Assembly (NCBI GenBank): GCA_032718475.1
Contig: JAUCBJ010001489.1
Span: forward strand, 47,370 to 111,369
Direction: 5' to 3'
Source of the DNA: Nemertoderma westbladi
Taxonomy: Eukaryota; Animalia; Xenacoelomorpha
DNA length: 64,000 nt
The translations under genes were made by a program, and so were the position numbers. The notes beneath the pieces were generated by a model. It saw nothing but the letters and a program-made list of their open reading frames with translations. It did not search any database and was not told the origin of the DNA. Each line of letters opens with the position of its first letter. Position 1 is the first letter of the stretch. Below are positions 26,001 through 41,000 of the stretch, piece after piece.

Positions 26001-29000
26001 GAAATATAAAAAATAATTACAAGTAAACCATCCGTCCGTTCCGAGTTCAAACAGTTTGATTGAAATATAAAAAATAATTACAAGTAAACCATCCGTTCCG
26101 AGTTCAAACAGTTTGATTGAAATATAAAAAATAATTACAAGTAAACCATCCGTTCCGAGTTCAAACAGTTTGATTGAAATATAAAAAATAATTACAAGTA
26201 AACCATCCTGTCCGAGTTCAAACAGTTTGACAGTTTGATTGAAATATAAAAAATAATTACAAGTAAACCATCCTTTCCGAGTTCAAACAGTTTGATTGAA
26301 ATATAAAAATAATTACAAGTAAACCATCCGTTCCGAGTTCAAACAGTTTGATTGAAATATAAAAAATAATTACAAGTAAACCATCCGTTCTGAGTTCAAA
26401 CAGTTTGACAGTTTGATTAAAATATAAAAATAATTACAAGTAAACCATCCGTTCCGAGTTCAAACAGTTTGACAGTTTGATTGAAATATAAAAATAATTA
26501 CAAGTAAACCATCCGTTCCGAGTTCAAACAGTTTGACAGTTTGATTGAAATATAAAAATAATTACAAGTAAACCATCCGTTCCGAGTTCAAACAATTTGA
26601 TTGAAATATAAAAAATAATTACAAGTAAACCATCGGTTCCGAGTTCAAACAGGTTGATTGAAATATAAAAACTAATTACAAGTAAACCATCCGTTCCGAG
26701 TTCAAACAGTTTGATTGAAATATAAAAATAATTACAAGTAAACCATCCGTTCCGAGTTCAAACAGTTTGATTGAAATATAAAAAATAATTACAAGTAAAC
26801 CATCCGTTCCGAGTTCAAACAGTTTGATTGAAATATAAAAAATAATTACAAGTAAACCATCCGTTCCAAGTTCAATCAGTTTGATTGAAATATAAAAAAT
26901 AATTACAAGTAAACCATCCGTTCCGAGTTCAAACAGTTTGATTGAAATATAAAAAATAATTACAAGTAAACCATCCGTTCCGAGTTCAAACAGTTTGATT
27001 GAAATATAAAAAATAATTACAAGTAAACCATCCGTTCCGAGTTCAAACAGTTTGACAGTTTGATTGAAATATAAAAAATAATTACAAGTAAACCATCCGT
27101 TCAGAGTTCAAACAATTTGATTGAAATATAAAACTAATTACAAGTAAACCATCCGTTCCGAGTTCAAACAGTTTGATTGAAATATAAAAAATAATTACAA
27201 GTAAACCATCCGTTCCGAGTTCAAACAGTTTGATTGAAATATAAAAATAATTACAAGTAAACCATCCGTTCCGAGTTCAAACAGTTTGATTGAAATATAA
27301 AAATAATTACAAGTAAACCATCCGTTCCGAGTTCAAACAGTTTGATTGAAATATAAAAAATAATTACAAGTAAACCATCCGTTCCGAGTTCAAACAGTTT
27401 GATTGAAATATAAAAAATAATTACAAGTAAACCATCCGTTCCGAGTTCAAACAGTTTGATTGAAATATAAAAAATAATTACAAGTAAACCATCCGTTCCG
27501 AGTTCAAACAGTTTGATTGAAATATAATAAATAATTACAAGTAAACCATCCGTTCCGAGTTCAAACAGTTTGATTGAAATATAAAACTAATTACAAGTAA
27601 ACCATCCGTTCCGAGTTCAAACAGTTTGATTGAAATATAAAAAATAATTACAAGTAAACCATCCGTTCCGAGTTCAAACAGTTTGACAGTTTGATTGAAA
27701 TATAAAAAATAATTACAAGTAAACCATCCGTTCTGAGTTCAAACAGTTTGATTGAAATATAAAAAATAATTACAAGTAAATCATCCTTTCCGAGTTCAAA
27801 CAGTTTGATTGAAATATAAAAATAATTACAAGTAAACCATCCGTTCCGAGTTCAAACAGTTTGATTGAAATATAAAAAATAATTACAAGTAAACCATCCG
27901 TTCCGAGTTCAAACAGTTTGATTGAAATATAAAAAATAATTACAAGTAAACCATCCGTTCTGAGTTCAAACAGTTTGACAGTTTGATTAAAATATAAAAA
28001 TAATTACAAGTAAACCATCCGTTCCGAGTTCAAACAGTTTGACAGTTTGATTGAAATATAAAAATAATTACAAGTAAACCATCCGTTCCGAGTTCAAACA
28101 GTTTGACAGTTTGATTGAAATATAAAAATAATTACAAGTAAACCATCCGTTCCGAGTTCAAACAATTTGATTGAAATATAAAAAATAATTACAAGTAAAC
28201 CATCGGTTCCGAGTTCAAACAGGTTGATTGAAATATAAAAACTAATTACAAGTAAACCATCCGTTCCGAGTTCAAACAGTTTGATTGAAATATAAAAATA
28301 ATTACAAGTAAACCATCCGTTCCGAGTTCAAACAGTTTGATTGAAATATAAAAAATAATTACAAGTAAACCATCCGTTCCGAGTTCAAACAGTTTGATTG
28401 AAATATAAAAAATAATTACAAGTAAACCATCCGTTCCAAGTTCAATCAGTTTGATTGAAATATAAAAAATAATTACAAGTAAACCATCCGTTCCGAGTTC
28501 AAACAGTTTGATTGAAATATAAAAAATAATTACAAGTAAACCATCCGTTCCGAGTTCAAACAGTTTGATTGAAATATAAAAAATAATTACAAGTAAACCA
28601 TCCGTTCCGAGTTCAAACAGTTTGACAGTTTGATTGAAATATAAAAAATAATTACAAGTAAACCATCCGTTCAGAGTTCAAACAATTTGATTGAAATATA
28701 AAACTAATTACAAGTAAACCATCCGTTCCGAGTTCAAACAGTTTGATTGAAATATAAAAATAATTACAAGTAAATCATCCGTTCAGAGTTCAAACAATTT
28801 GATTGAAATATAAAACTAATTACAAGTAAACCATCCGTTCCGAGTTCAAACAGTTTGATTGAAATATAAAAATAATTACAAGTAAATCATCCTTTCCGAG
28901 TTCAAACAGTTTGATTGAAATATAAAAATAATTACAAGTAAACCATCCGTTCCGAGTTCAAACAATTTGATTGAAATATAAAAAATAATTACAAGTAAAC

Positions 29001-32000
29001 CATCCGTTCCGAGTTCAAACAGTTTGATTGAAATATAAAAACTAATTACAAGTAAACCATCCGTTCCGAGTTCAAACAGTTTGATTGAAATATAAAAATA
29101 ATTACAAGTAAACCATCCGTTCCGAGTTCAAACAGTTTGATTGAAATATAAAAAATAATTACAAGTAAACCATCCGTTCCGAGTTCAAACAGTTTGATTG
29201 AAATATAAAAAATAATTACAAGTAAACCATCCGTTCCGAGTTCAAACAGTTTGATTGAAATATAAAAAATAATTACAAGTAAACCATCCGTTCCGAGTTC
29301 AAACAGTTTGATTGAAATATAAAAAATAATTACAAGTAAACCATCCGTTCCGAGTTCAAACAGTTTGATTGAAATATAAAAAATAATTACAAGTAAACCA
29401 TCTGTTCCGAGTTCAAACAGTTTGACAGTTTGATTGAAATATAAAAAATAATTACAAGTAAACCATCCTTTCCGAGTTCAAACAGTTTGATTGAAATATA
29501 AAAATAATTACAAGTAAACCATCCGTTCCGAGTTCAAACAGTTTGATTGAAATATAAAAAATAATTACAAGTAAACCATCCGTTCTGAGTTCAAACAGTT
29601 TGACAGTTTGATTAAAATATAAAAATAATTACAAGTAAACCATCCGTTCCGAGTTCAAACAGTTTGACAGTTTGATTGAAATATAAAAATAATTACAAGT
29701 AAACCATCCGTTCCGAGTTCAAACAGTTTGACAGTTTGATTGAAATATAAAAATAATTACAAGTAAACCATCCGTTCCGAGTTCAAACAATTTGATTGAA
29801 ATATAAAAAATAATTACAAGTAAACCATCGGTTCCGAGTTCAAACAGGTTGATTGAAATATAAAAACTAATTACAAGTAAACCATCCGTTCCGAGTTCAA
29901 ACAGTTTGATTGAAATATAAAAATAATTACAAGTAAACCATCCGTTCCGAGTTCAAACAGTTTGATTGAAATATAAAAAATAATTACAAGTAAACCATCC
30001 GTTCCGAGTTCAAACAGTTTGATTGAAATATAAAAAATAATTACAAGTAAACCATCCGTTCCAAGTTCAATCAGTTTGATTGAAATATAAAAAATAATTA
30101 CAAGTAAACCATCCGTTCCGAGTTCAAACAGTTTGATTGAAATATAAAAAATAATTACAAGTAAACCATCCGTTCCGAGTTCAAACAGTTTGACAGTTTG
30201 ATTGAAATATAAAAAATAATTACAAGTAAACCATCCGTTCAGAGTTCAAACAATTTGATTGAAATATAAAACTAATTACAAGTAAACCATCCGTTCCGAG
30301 TTCAAACATTTTGATTGAAATATAAAAATAATTACAAGTAAATCATCCTTTCCGAGTTCAAACAGTTTGATTGAAATATAAAAATAATTACAAGTAAACC
30401 ATCCGTTCCGAGTTCAAACAGTTTGATTGAAATATAAAAATAATTACAAGTAAACCATCCGTTCCGTGTTCAAACAATTTGATTGAAATATAAAAAATAA
30501 TTACAAGTAAACCATCCGTTCCGAGTTCAAACAATTTGATTGAAATATAAAAAATAATTACAAGTAAACCATCCGTTCCGAGTTCAAACAGTTTGATTGA
30601 AATATAGAAACTAATTACAAGTAAACCATCCGTTCCGAGTTCAAACAGTTTGATTGAAATATAAAAATAATTACAAGTAAACCATCCGTTCCGAGTTCAA
30701 ACAGTTTGATTGAAATATAAAAAATAATTACAAGTAAACCATCCGTTCCGAGTTCAAACAGTTTGATTGAAATATAAAAAATAATTACAAGTAAACCATC
30801 CGTTCCGAGTTCAAACAGTTTGATTGAAATATAAAAAATAATTACAAGTAAACCATCCGTTCCGAGTTCAAACAGTTTGATTGAAATATAAAAAATAATT
30901 ACAAGTAAACCATCCGTTCCGAGTTCAAACAGTTTGATTGAAATATAAAAAATAATTACAAGTAAACCATCTGTTCCGAGTTCAAACAGTTTGACAGTTT
31001 GATTGAAATATAAAAAATAATTACAAGTAAACCATCCTTTCCGAGTTCAAACAGTTTGATTGAAATATAAAAATAATTACAAGTAAACCATCCGTTCCGA
31101 GTTCAAACAGTTTGATTGAAATATAAAAAATATTTACAAGTAAACCATCCGTTCCGAGTTCAAACAGTTTGATTGAAATATAAAAAATAATTACAAGTAA
31201 ACCATCCGTTCCGAGTTCAAACAGTTTGATTGAAATATAAAAAATAATTACAAGTAAACCATCCGTTCCGAGTTCAAACAGTTTGATTGAAATATAAAAA
31301 ATAATTACAAGTAAACCATCCTTTCCGAGTTCAAACAGTTTGATTGAAATATAAAAATAATTACAAGTAAACCATCCGTTCCAAGTTCAAAAAGTTTGAT
31401 TGAAATATAAAAAATAATTACAAGTAAACCATCCGTTCCGAGTTCAAACAGTTTGATTGAAATATAAAAAATAATTACAAGTAAACCATCTGTTCCGAGT
31501 TCAAACAGTTTGACAGTTTGATTGAAATATAAAAAATAATTACAAGTAAACCATCCGTTCCGAGTTCAAACAGTTTGATTGAAATATAAAAAATAATTAC
31601 AAGTAAACCATCCTTTCCGAGTTCAAACAGTTTGATTGAAATATAAAAAATAATTACAAGTAAACCATCCGTTCCAAGTTCAAACAGTTATGATTGAAAT
31701 ATAAAAAATAATTACAAGTAAACCAACCATCCTTTCCGAGTTCAAACAGTTTGATTGAAATATAAAAATAATTACAAGTAAACCATCCGTTCCAAGTTCA
31801 AACAGTTATGATTGAAATATAAAAAATAATTACAAGTAAACCATCCGTTCCGTGTTCAAACAGTTTGATTGAAATATAAAAAATAATTACAAGTAAACCA
31901 TCCGTTCCGAGTTCAAACAGTTTGATTGAAATATAAAACTAATTACAAGTAAACCAACCGTTCTGAGTTCAAACATTTTGATTGAAATATAAAAAATAAT

Positions 32001-35000
32001 TACAAGTAAACCATCCGTTCTGAGTTCAAACAGTTTGATTGAAATATAAAAATAATTACAAGTAAACCATCCGTTCCGAGTTCAAACAGTTTGATTGAAA
32101 TATAAAAAATAATTACAAGTAAACCAACCGTTCTGAGTTCAAACATTTTGATTGAAATATAAAAAATAATTACAAGTAAACCATCCGTTCTGAGTTCAAA
32201 CAGTTTGATTGAAATATAAAAATAATTACAAGTAAACCATCCGTTCCGAGTTCAAACAGTTTGATTGAAATATAAAAAATAATTACAAGTAAACCATCCG
32301 TTCCGAGTTCAAACAGTTTGATTGAAATATAAAAATAATTACAAGTAAACCATCCGTTCCGAGTTCAAACAGTTTGATTGAAATATAAAAATAATTACAA
32401 GTAAACCATCCGTTCCGAGTTCAAACAGTTTGATTGAAATATAAAAATAATTACAAGTAAACCATCCGTTCCGAGTTCAAACAGTTTGATTGAAATATAA
32501 AAAATAATTACAAGTAAACCATCCGTTCCGAGTTCAAACAGTTTGATTGAAATATAAAAATAATTACAAGTAAACCATCCGTTCCGAGTTCAAACAGTTT
32601 GATTGAAATATAAAAAATAATTACAAGTAAACCATCCGTTCCGAGTTCAAACAGTTTGATTGAAATATAAAAATAATTACAAGTAAACCATCCGTTCCGA
32701 GTTCAAACAGTTTGATTGAAATATAAAAAATAATTACAAGTAAACCATCCGTTCCGAGTTCAAACAGTTTGATTGAAATATAAAAATAATTACAAGTAAA
32801 CCATCCGTTCCGAGTTCAAACAGTTTGATTGAAATATAAAAAATAATTACAAGTAAACCATCCGTTCCGAGTTCAAACAGTTTGATTGAAATATAAAAAA
32901 TAATTACAAGTAAACCATCCGTTCCGAGTTCAAACAGTTTGATTGAAATATAAAAAATAATTACAAGTAAACCATCCGTTCCGAGTTCAAACAGTTTGAT
33001 TGAAATATAAAAAATAATTACAAGTAAACCATCCGTTCCGAGTTCAAACAGTTTGATTGAAATATAAAAAATAATTACAAGTAAACCATCCGTTCCGAGT
33101 TCAAACAGTTTGATTGAAATATAAAAAATAATTACAAGTAAACCATCCGTTCCGAGTTCAAACAGTTTGATTGAAATATAAAAAATAATTACAAGTAAAC
33201 CATCCGTTCCGAGTTCAAACAGTTTGATTGAAATATAAAAATAATTACAAGTAAACCATCCGTTCCGAGTTCAAACAGTTTGATTGAAATATAAAAAATA
33301 ATTACAAGTAAACCATCCGTTCCGAGTTCAAACAGTTTGATTGAAATATAAAAAATAATTACAAGTAAACCATCCGTTCCGAGTTCAAACAGTTTGATTG
33401 AAATATAAAAAATAATTACAAGTAAACCATCCGTTCCGAGTTCAAACAGTTTGATTGAAATATAAAAAATAATTACAAGTAAACCATCCGTTCCGAGTTC
33501 AAACAGTTTGATTGAAATATAAAAAATAATTACAAGTAAACCATCCGTTCCGAGTTCAAACAGTTTGATTGAAATATAAAAAATAATTACAAGTAAACCA
33601 TCCGTTCCGAGTTCAAACAGTTTGATTGAAATATAAAAAATAATTACAAGTAAACCATCCGTTCCGAGTTCAAACAGTTTGATTGAAATATAAAAAATAA
33701 TTACAAGTAAACCATCCGTTCCGAGTTCAAACAGTTTGATTGAAATATAAAAAATAATTACAAGTAAACCATCCGTTCCGAGTTCAAAAAGTTTGATTGA
33801 AATATAAAAAATAATTACAAGTAAACCATCCGTTCCGAGTTCAAACAGTTTGATTGAAATATAAAAAAAATTACAAGTAAACCATCCGTTCCGAGTTCAA
33901 ACAGTTTGATTGAAATATAAAAATAATTACAAGTAAACCATCCGTTCCGAGTTCAAACAGTTTGATTGAAATATAAAAAATAATTACAAGTAAACCATCC
34001 GTTCCGAGTTCAAACAGTTTGATTGAAATATAAAAAATAATTACAAGTAAACCATCCGTTCCGAGTTCAAACAGTTTGATTGAAATATAAAAATAATTAC
34101 AAGTAAACCATCCGTTCCGAGTTCAAACAGTTTGATTGAAATATAAAAATAATTACAAGTAAACCATCCGTTCCGAGTTCAAACAGTTTGATTGAAATAT
34201 AAAACTAATTACAAGTAAACCATCCGTTCCGAGTTCAAACAGTTTGATTGAAATATAAAAAATAATTACAAGTAAACCATCCGTTCCCAGTTCAAACAGT
34301 TTGATTGAAATATAAAAAATAATTACAAGTAAACCATCCGTTCTGAGTTCAAACAGTTTGATTGAAATATAAGAATAATTACAAGTAAACCATCCGTTCC
34401 GAGTTCAAACAGTTTGATTGAAATATAAAAAATAATTACAAGTAAACCATCCGTTCCGAGTTCAAACAGTTTGATTGAAATATAAAAATAATTACAAGTA
34501 AACCATCCGTTCTGAGTTCAAACAGTTTGACAGTTTGATTAAAATATAAAAATAATTACAAGTAAACCATCCGTTCCGAGTTCAAACAGTTTGACAGTTT
34601 GATTGAAATATAAAAATAATTACAAGTAAACCATCCGTTCCGAGTTCAAACAGTTTGACAGTTTGATTGAAATATAAAAATAATTACAAGTAAACCATCC
34701 GTTCCGAGTTCAAACAGTTTGATTGAAATATAAAAATAATTACAAGTAAACCATCCGTTCCGTGTTCAAACAATTTGATTGAAATATAAAAAATAATTAC
34801 AAGTAAACCATCCGTTCCGAGTTCAAACAATTTGATTGAAATATAAAAAATAATTACAAGTAAACCATCCGTTCCGAGTTCAAACAGTTTGATTGAAATA
34901 TAAAAACTAATTACAAGTAAACCATCCGTTCCGAGTTCAAACAGTTTGATTGAAATATAAAAATAATTACAAGTAAACCATCCGTTCCGAGTTCAAACAG

Positions 35001-38000
35001 TTTGATTGAAATATAAAAAATAATTACAAGTAAACCATCCGTTCCGAGTTCAAACAGTTTGATTGAAATATAAAAAATAATTACAAGTAAACCATCCGTT
35101 CCGAGTTCAAACAGTTTGATTGAAATATAAAAAATAATTACAAGTAAACCATCCGTTCCGAGTTCAAACAGTTTGATTGAAATATAAAAAATAATTACAA
35201 GTAAACCATCCGTTCCGAGTTCAAACAGTTTGATTGAAATATAACAAATAATTACAAGTAAACCATCTGTTCCGAGTTCAAACAGTTTGACAGTTTGATT
35301 GAAATATAAAAAATAATTACAAGTAAACCATCCTTTCCGAGTTCAAACAGTTTGATTGAAATATAAAAATAATTACAAGTAAACCATCCGTTCCGAGTTC
35401 AAACAGTTTGATTGAAATATAAAAAATAATTACAAGTAAACCATCCGTTCCGAGTTCAAACAGTTTGATTGAAATATAAAAAATAATTACAAGTAAACCA
35501 TCCGTTCCGAGTTCAAACAGTTTGATTGAAATATAAAAAATAATTACAAGTAAACCATCCGTTCCGAGTTCAAACAGTTTGATTGAAATATAAAAAATAA
35601 TTACAAGTAAACCATCCTTTCCGAGTTCAAACAGTTTGATTGAAATATAAAAATAATTACAAGTAAACCATCCGTTCCAAGTTCAAAAAGTTTGATTGAA
35701 ATATAAAAAATAATTACAAGTAAACCATCCGTTCCGAGTTCAAACAGTTTGATTGAAATATAAAAAATAATTACAAGTAAACCATCTGTTCCGAGTTCAA
35801 ACAGTTTGACAGTTTGATTGAAATATAAAAAATAATTACAAATAAACCATCCGTTCCGAGTTCAAACAGTTTGATTGAAATATAAAAAATAATTACAAGT
35901 AAACCATCCGTTCCGAGTTCAAACAGTTTGATTGAAATATAAAAAATAATTACAAGTAAACCATCCTTTCCGAGTTCAAACAGTTTGATTGAAATATAAA
36001 AAATAATTACAAGTAAACCATCCGTTCCAAGTTCAAACAGTTATGATTGAAATATAAAAAATAATTACAAGTAAACCATCCTTTCCGAGTTCAAACAGTT
36101 TGATTGAAATATAAAAATAATTACAAGTAAACCATCCGTTCCAAGTTCAAACAGTTATGATTGAAATATAAAAAATAATTACAAGTAAACCATCCGTTCC
36201 GTGTTCAAACAGTTTGATTGAAATATAAAAAATAATTACAAGTAAACCATCCGTTCCGAGTTCAAACAGTTTGATTGAAATATAAAACTAATTACAAGTA
36301 AACCAACCGTTCTGAGTTCAAACATTTTGATTGAAATATAAAAAATAATTACAAGTAAACCATCCGTTCTGAGTTCAAACAGTTTGATTGAAATATAAAA
36401 ATAATTACAAGTAAACCGTCCGTTCCGAGTTCAAACAGTTTGATTGAAATATAAAAAATAATTACAAGTAAACCAACCGTTCTGAGTTCAAACATTTTGA
36501 TTGAAATATAAAAAATAATTACAAGTAAACCTTCCGTTCCGAGTTCAAACAGTTTGATTGAAATATAAAAAATAATTACAAGTAAACCATCCGTTCCGTG
36601 TTCAAACAGTTTGATTGAAATATAAAAAATAATTACAAGTAAACCATCCGTTCCGAGTTCAAACAGTTTGATTGAAATATAAAACTAATTACAAGTAAAC
36701 CAACCGTTCTGAGTTCAAACATTTTGATTGAAATATAAAAAATAATTACAAGTAAACCATCCGTTCTGAGTTCAAACAGTTTGACAGTTTGATTGAAATA
36801 TAAAAAATAATTACAAGTAAACCATCCTTTCCGAGTTCAAACAGTTTGATTGAAATATAAAAATAATTACAAGTAAACCATCCGTTCCGAGTTCAAACAG
36901 TTTGATTGAAATATAAAAAATAATTACAAGTAAACCATCCGTTCTGAGTTCAAACAGTTTGACAGTTTGATTAAAATATAAAAATAATTACAAGTAAACC
37001 ATCCGTTCCGAGTTCAAACAGTTTGACAGTTTGATTGAAATATAAAAATAATTACAAGTAAACCATCCGTTCCGAGTTCAAACAGTTTGACAGTTTGATT
37101 GAAATATAAAAATAATTACAAGTAAACCATCCGTTCCGAGTTCAAACAATTTGATTGAAATATAAAAAATAATTACAAGTAAACCATCGGTTCCGAGTTC
37201 AAACAGTTTGATTGAAATATAAAAATAATTACAAGTAAACCATCCGTTCCGAGTTCAAACAGTTTGATTGAAATATAAAAAATAATTACAAGTAAACCAT
37301 CCGTTCCGAGTTCAAACAGTTTGATTGAAATATAAAAAATAATTACAAGTAAACCATCCGTTCCAAGTTCAATCAGTTTGATTGAAATATAAAAAATAAT
37401 TACAAGTAAACCATCCGTTCCGAGTTCAAACAGTTTGATTGAAATATAAAACTAATTACAAGTAAACCATCCGTTCCGAGTTCAAACAGTTTGATTGAAA
37501 TATAAAAAATAATTACAAGTAAACCATCCGTTCCGAGTTCAAACAGTTTGATTGAAATATAAAAAATAATTACAAGTAAACCATCCGTTCCGAGTTCAAA
37601 CAGTTTGATTGAAATATAAAAAATAATTACAAGTAAACCATCCTGTCCGAGTTCAAACAGTTTGATTGAAATATAAAACTAATTACAAGTAAACCATCCG
37701 TTCCGAGTTCAAACAGTTTGATTGAAATATAAAAAATAATTACAAGTAATCCATCCGTTCCGAGTTCAAACAGTTTGATTGAAATATAAAAAATAATTAC
37801 AAGTAAACCATCCGTTCCGAGTTCAAACAGTTTGATTGAAATATAAAAAATAATTACAAGTAAACCATCCGTTCCGAGTTCAAACTGTTTGATTGAAATA
37901 TAAAAACTAATTACAAGTAAACCATCCGTTCCGAGTTCAAACAGTTTGATTGAAATATAAAAAATAAGTACAAGTAAACCATCCTGTCCGAGTTCAAACA

Positions 38001-41000
38001 GTTTGATTGAAATATAAAAACTAATTACAAGTAAACCATCCGTTCCGAGTTCAAACAGTTTGATTGAAATATAAAACTAATTACAAGTAAACCATCCGTT
38101 CCGAGTTCAAACAGTTTGATTGAAATATAAAAAATAATTACAAGTAAACCATCCGTTCCGAGTTCAAACAGTTTGATTGAAATATAAAAAATAATTACAA
38201 GTAAACCATCCGTTCCGTGTTCAAACAGTTTGATTGAAATATAAAAAATAATTACAAGTAAACCATCCGTTCCGAGTTCAAACAGTTTGATTGAAATATA
38301 AAACTAATTACAAGTAAACCAACCGTTCTGAGTTCAAACATTTTGATTGAAATATAAAAAATAATTACAAGTAAACCATCCGTTCTGAGTTCAAACAGTT
38401 TGACAGTTTGATTGAAATATAAAAAATAATTACAAGTAAACCATCCTTTCCGAGTTCAAACAGTTTGATTGAAATATAAAAATAATTACAAGTAAACCAT
38501 CCGTTCCGAGTTCAAACAGTTTGATTGAAATATAAAAAATAATTACAAGTAAACCATCCGTTCTGAGTTCAAACAGTTTGACAGTTTGATTAAAATATAA
38601 AAATAATTACAAGTAAACCATCCGTTCCGAGTTCAAACAGTTTGACAGTTTGATTGAAATATAAAAATAATTACAAGTAAACCATCCGTTCCGAGTTCAA
38701 ACAGTTTGACAGTTTGATTGAAATATAAAAATAATTACAAGTAAACCATCCGTTCCGAGTTCAAACAATTTGATTGAAATATAAAAAATAATTACAAGTA
38801 AACCATCGGTTCCGAGTTCAAACAGTTTGATTGAAATATAAAAATAATTACAAGTAAACCATCCGTTCCGAGTTCAAACAGTTTGATTGAAATATAAAAA
38901 ATAATTACAAGTAAACCATCCGTTCCGAGTTCAAACAGTTTGATTGAAATATAAAAAATAATTACAAGTAAACCATCCGTTCCAAGTTCAATCAGTTTGA
39001 TTGAAATATAAAAAATAATTACAAGTAAACCATCCGTTCCGAGTTCAAACAGTTTGATTGAAATATAAAACTAATTACAAGTAAACCATCCGTTCCGAGT
39101 TCAAACAGTTTGATTGAAATATAAAAAATAATTACAAGTAAACCATCCGTTCCGAGTTCAAACAGTTTGATTGAAATATAAAAAATAATTACAAGTAAAC
39201 CATCCGTTCCGAGTTCAAACAGTTTGATTGAAATATAAAAAATAATTACAAGTAAACCATCCTGTCCGAGTTCAAACAGTTTGATTGAAATATAAAACTA
39301 ATTACAAGTAAACCATCCGTTCCGAGTTCAAACAGTTTGATTGAAATATAAAAAATATTTACAAGTAAACCATCCGTTCCGAGTTCAAACAGTTTGATTG
39401 AAATATAAAAAATAATTACAAGTAAACCATCCGTTCCGAGTTCAAACAGTTTGATTGAAATATAAAAAATAATTACAAGTAAACCATCCGTTCCGAGTTC
39501 AAACTGTTTGATTGAAATATAAAAACTAATTACAAGTAAACCATCCGTTCCGAGTTCAAACAGTTTGATTGAAATATAAAAAATAAGTACAAGTAAACCA
39601 TCCTGTCCGAGTTCAAACAGTTTGATTGAAATATAAAAACTAATTACAAGTAAACCATCCGTTCCGAGTTCAAACAGTTTGATTGAAATATAAAACTAAT
39701 TACAAGTAAACCATCCGTTCCGAGTTCAAACAGTTTGATTGAAATATAAAAAATAATTACAAGTAAACCATCCGTTCCGAGTTCAATCAGTTTGATTGAA
39801 ATATAAAAAATAATTACAAGTAAACCATCCTGTCCGAGTTCAAACAGTTTGATTGAAATATAAAACTAATTACAAGTAAACCATCCGTTCCGAGTTCAAA
39901 CAGTTTGATTGAAATATAAAAAATAATTACAAGTAAACCATCCGTTCCGAGTTCAAACAGTTTGATTGAAATATAAAAAATAATTACAAGTAAACCATCC
40001 TGTCCGAGTTCAAACAGTTTGATTGAAATATAAAACTAATTACAAGTAAACCATCCGTTCCGAGTTCAAACAGTTTGATTGAAATATAAAAAATAATTAC
40101 AAGTAAACCATCCGTTCCGAGTTCAAACAGTTTGATTGAAATATAAAAAATAATTACAAGTAAACCATCCGTTCCGAGTTCAAACAGTTTGATTGAAATA
40201 TAAAAAATAATTACAAGTAAACCATCCGTTCCGAGTTCAAACAGTTTGATTGAAATATAAAAAATAATTACAAGTAAACCATCCGTTCCGAGTTCAATCA
40301 GTTTGATTGAAATATAAAAAATAATTACAAGTAAACCATCCTGTCCGAGGTCAAACAGTTTGATTGAAATATAAAACTAATTACAAGTAAACCATCCGTT
40401 CCGAGTTCAAACAGTTTGATTGAAATATAAAAAATAATTACAAGTAAACCATCCTGTCCGAGGTCAAACAGTTTGATTGAAATATAAAACTAATTACAAG
40501 TAAACCATCCGTTCCGAGTTCAAAAAGTTTGATTGAAATATAAAAAATAATTACAAGTAAACCATCCGTTCCGAGTTCAAACAGTTTGATTGAAATATAA
40601 AAAAAATTACAAGTAAACCATCCGTTCCGAGTTCAAACAGTTTGATTGAAATATAAAAATAATTACAAGTAAACCATCCGTTCCGAGTTCAAACAGTTTG
40701 ATTGAAATATAAAAAATAATTACAAGTAAACCATCCGTTCCGAGTTCAAACAGTTTGATTGAAATATAAAAAATAATTACAAGTAAACCATCCGTTCCGA
40801 GTTCAAACAGTTTGATTGAAATATAAAAATAATTACAAGTAAACCATCCGTTCCGAGTTCAAACAGTTTGATTGAAATATAAAAATAATTACAAGTAAAC
40901 CATCCGTTCCGAGTTCAAACAGTTTGATTGAAATATAAAACTAATTACAAGTAAACCATCCGTTCCGAGTTCAAACAGTTTGATTGAAATATAAAAAATA

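Noticed and set aside
25847-26050. Satellite as a coding repeat (57 bp = 19 codons; the minus-strand frame LFELGTDGLLVIIFYISIK is stop-free)
   Set aside because: Frequent 1-bp and 8-bp indels break the frame and spread freely. One open frame in six is expected by chance. The ORF call arises from a 4-bp duplication.
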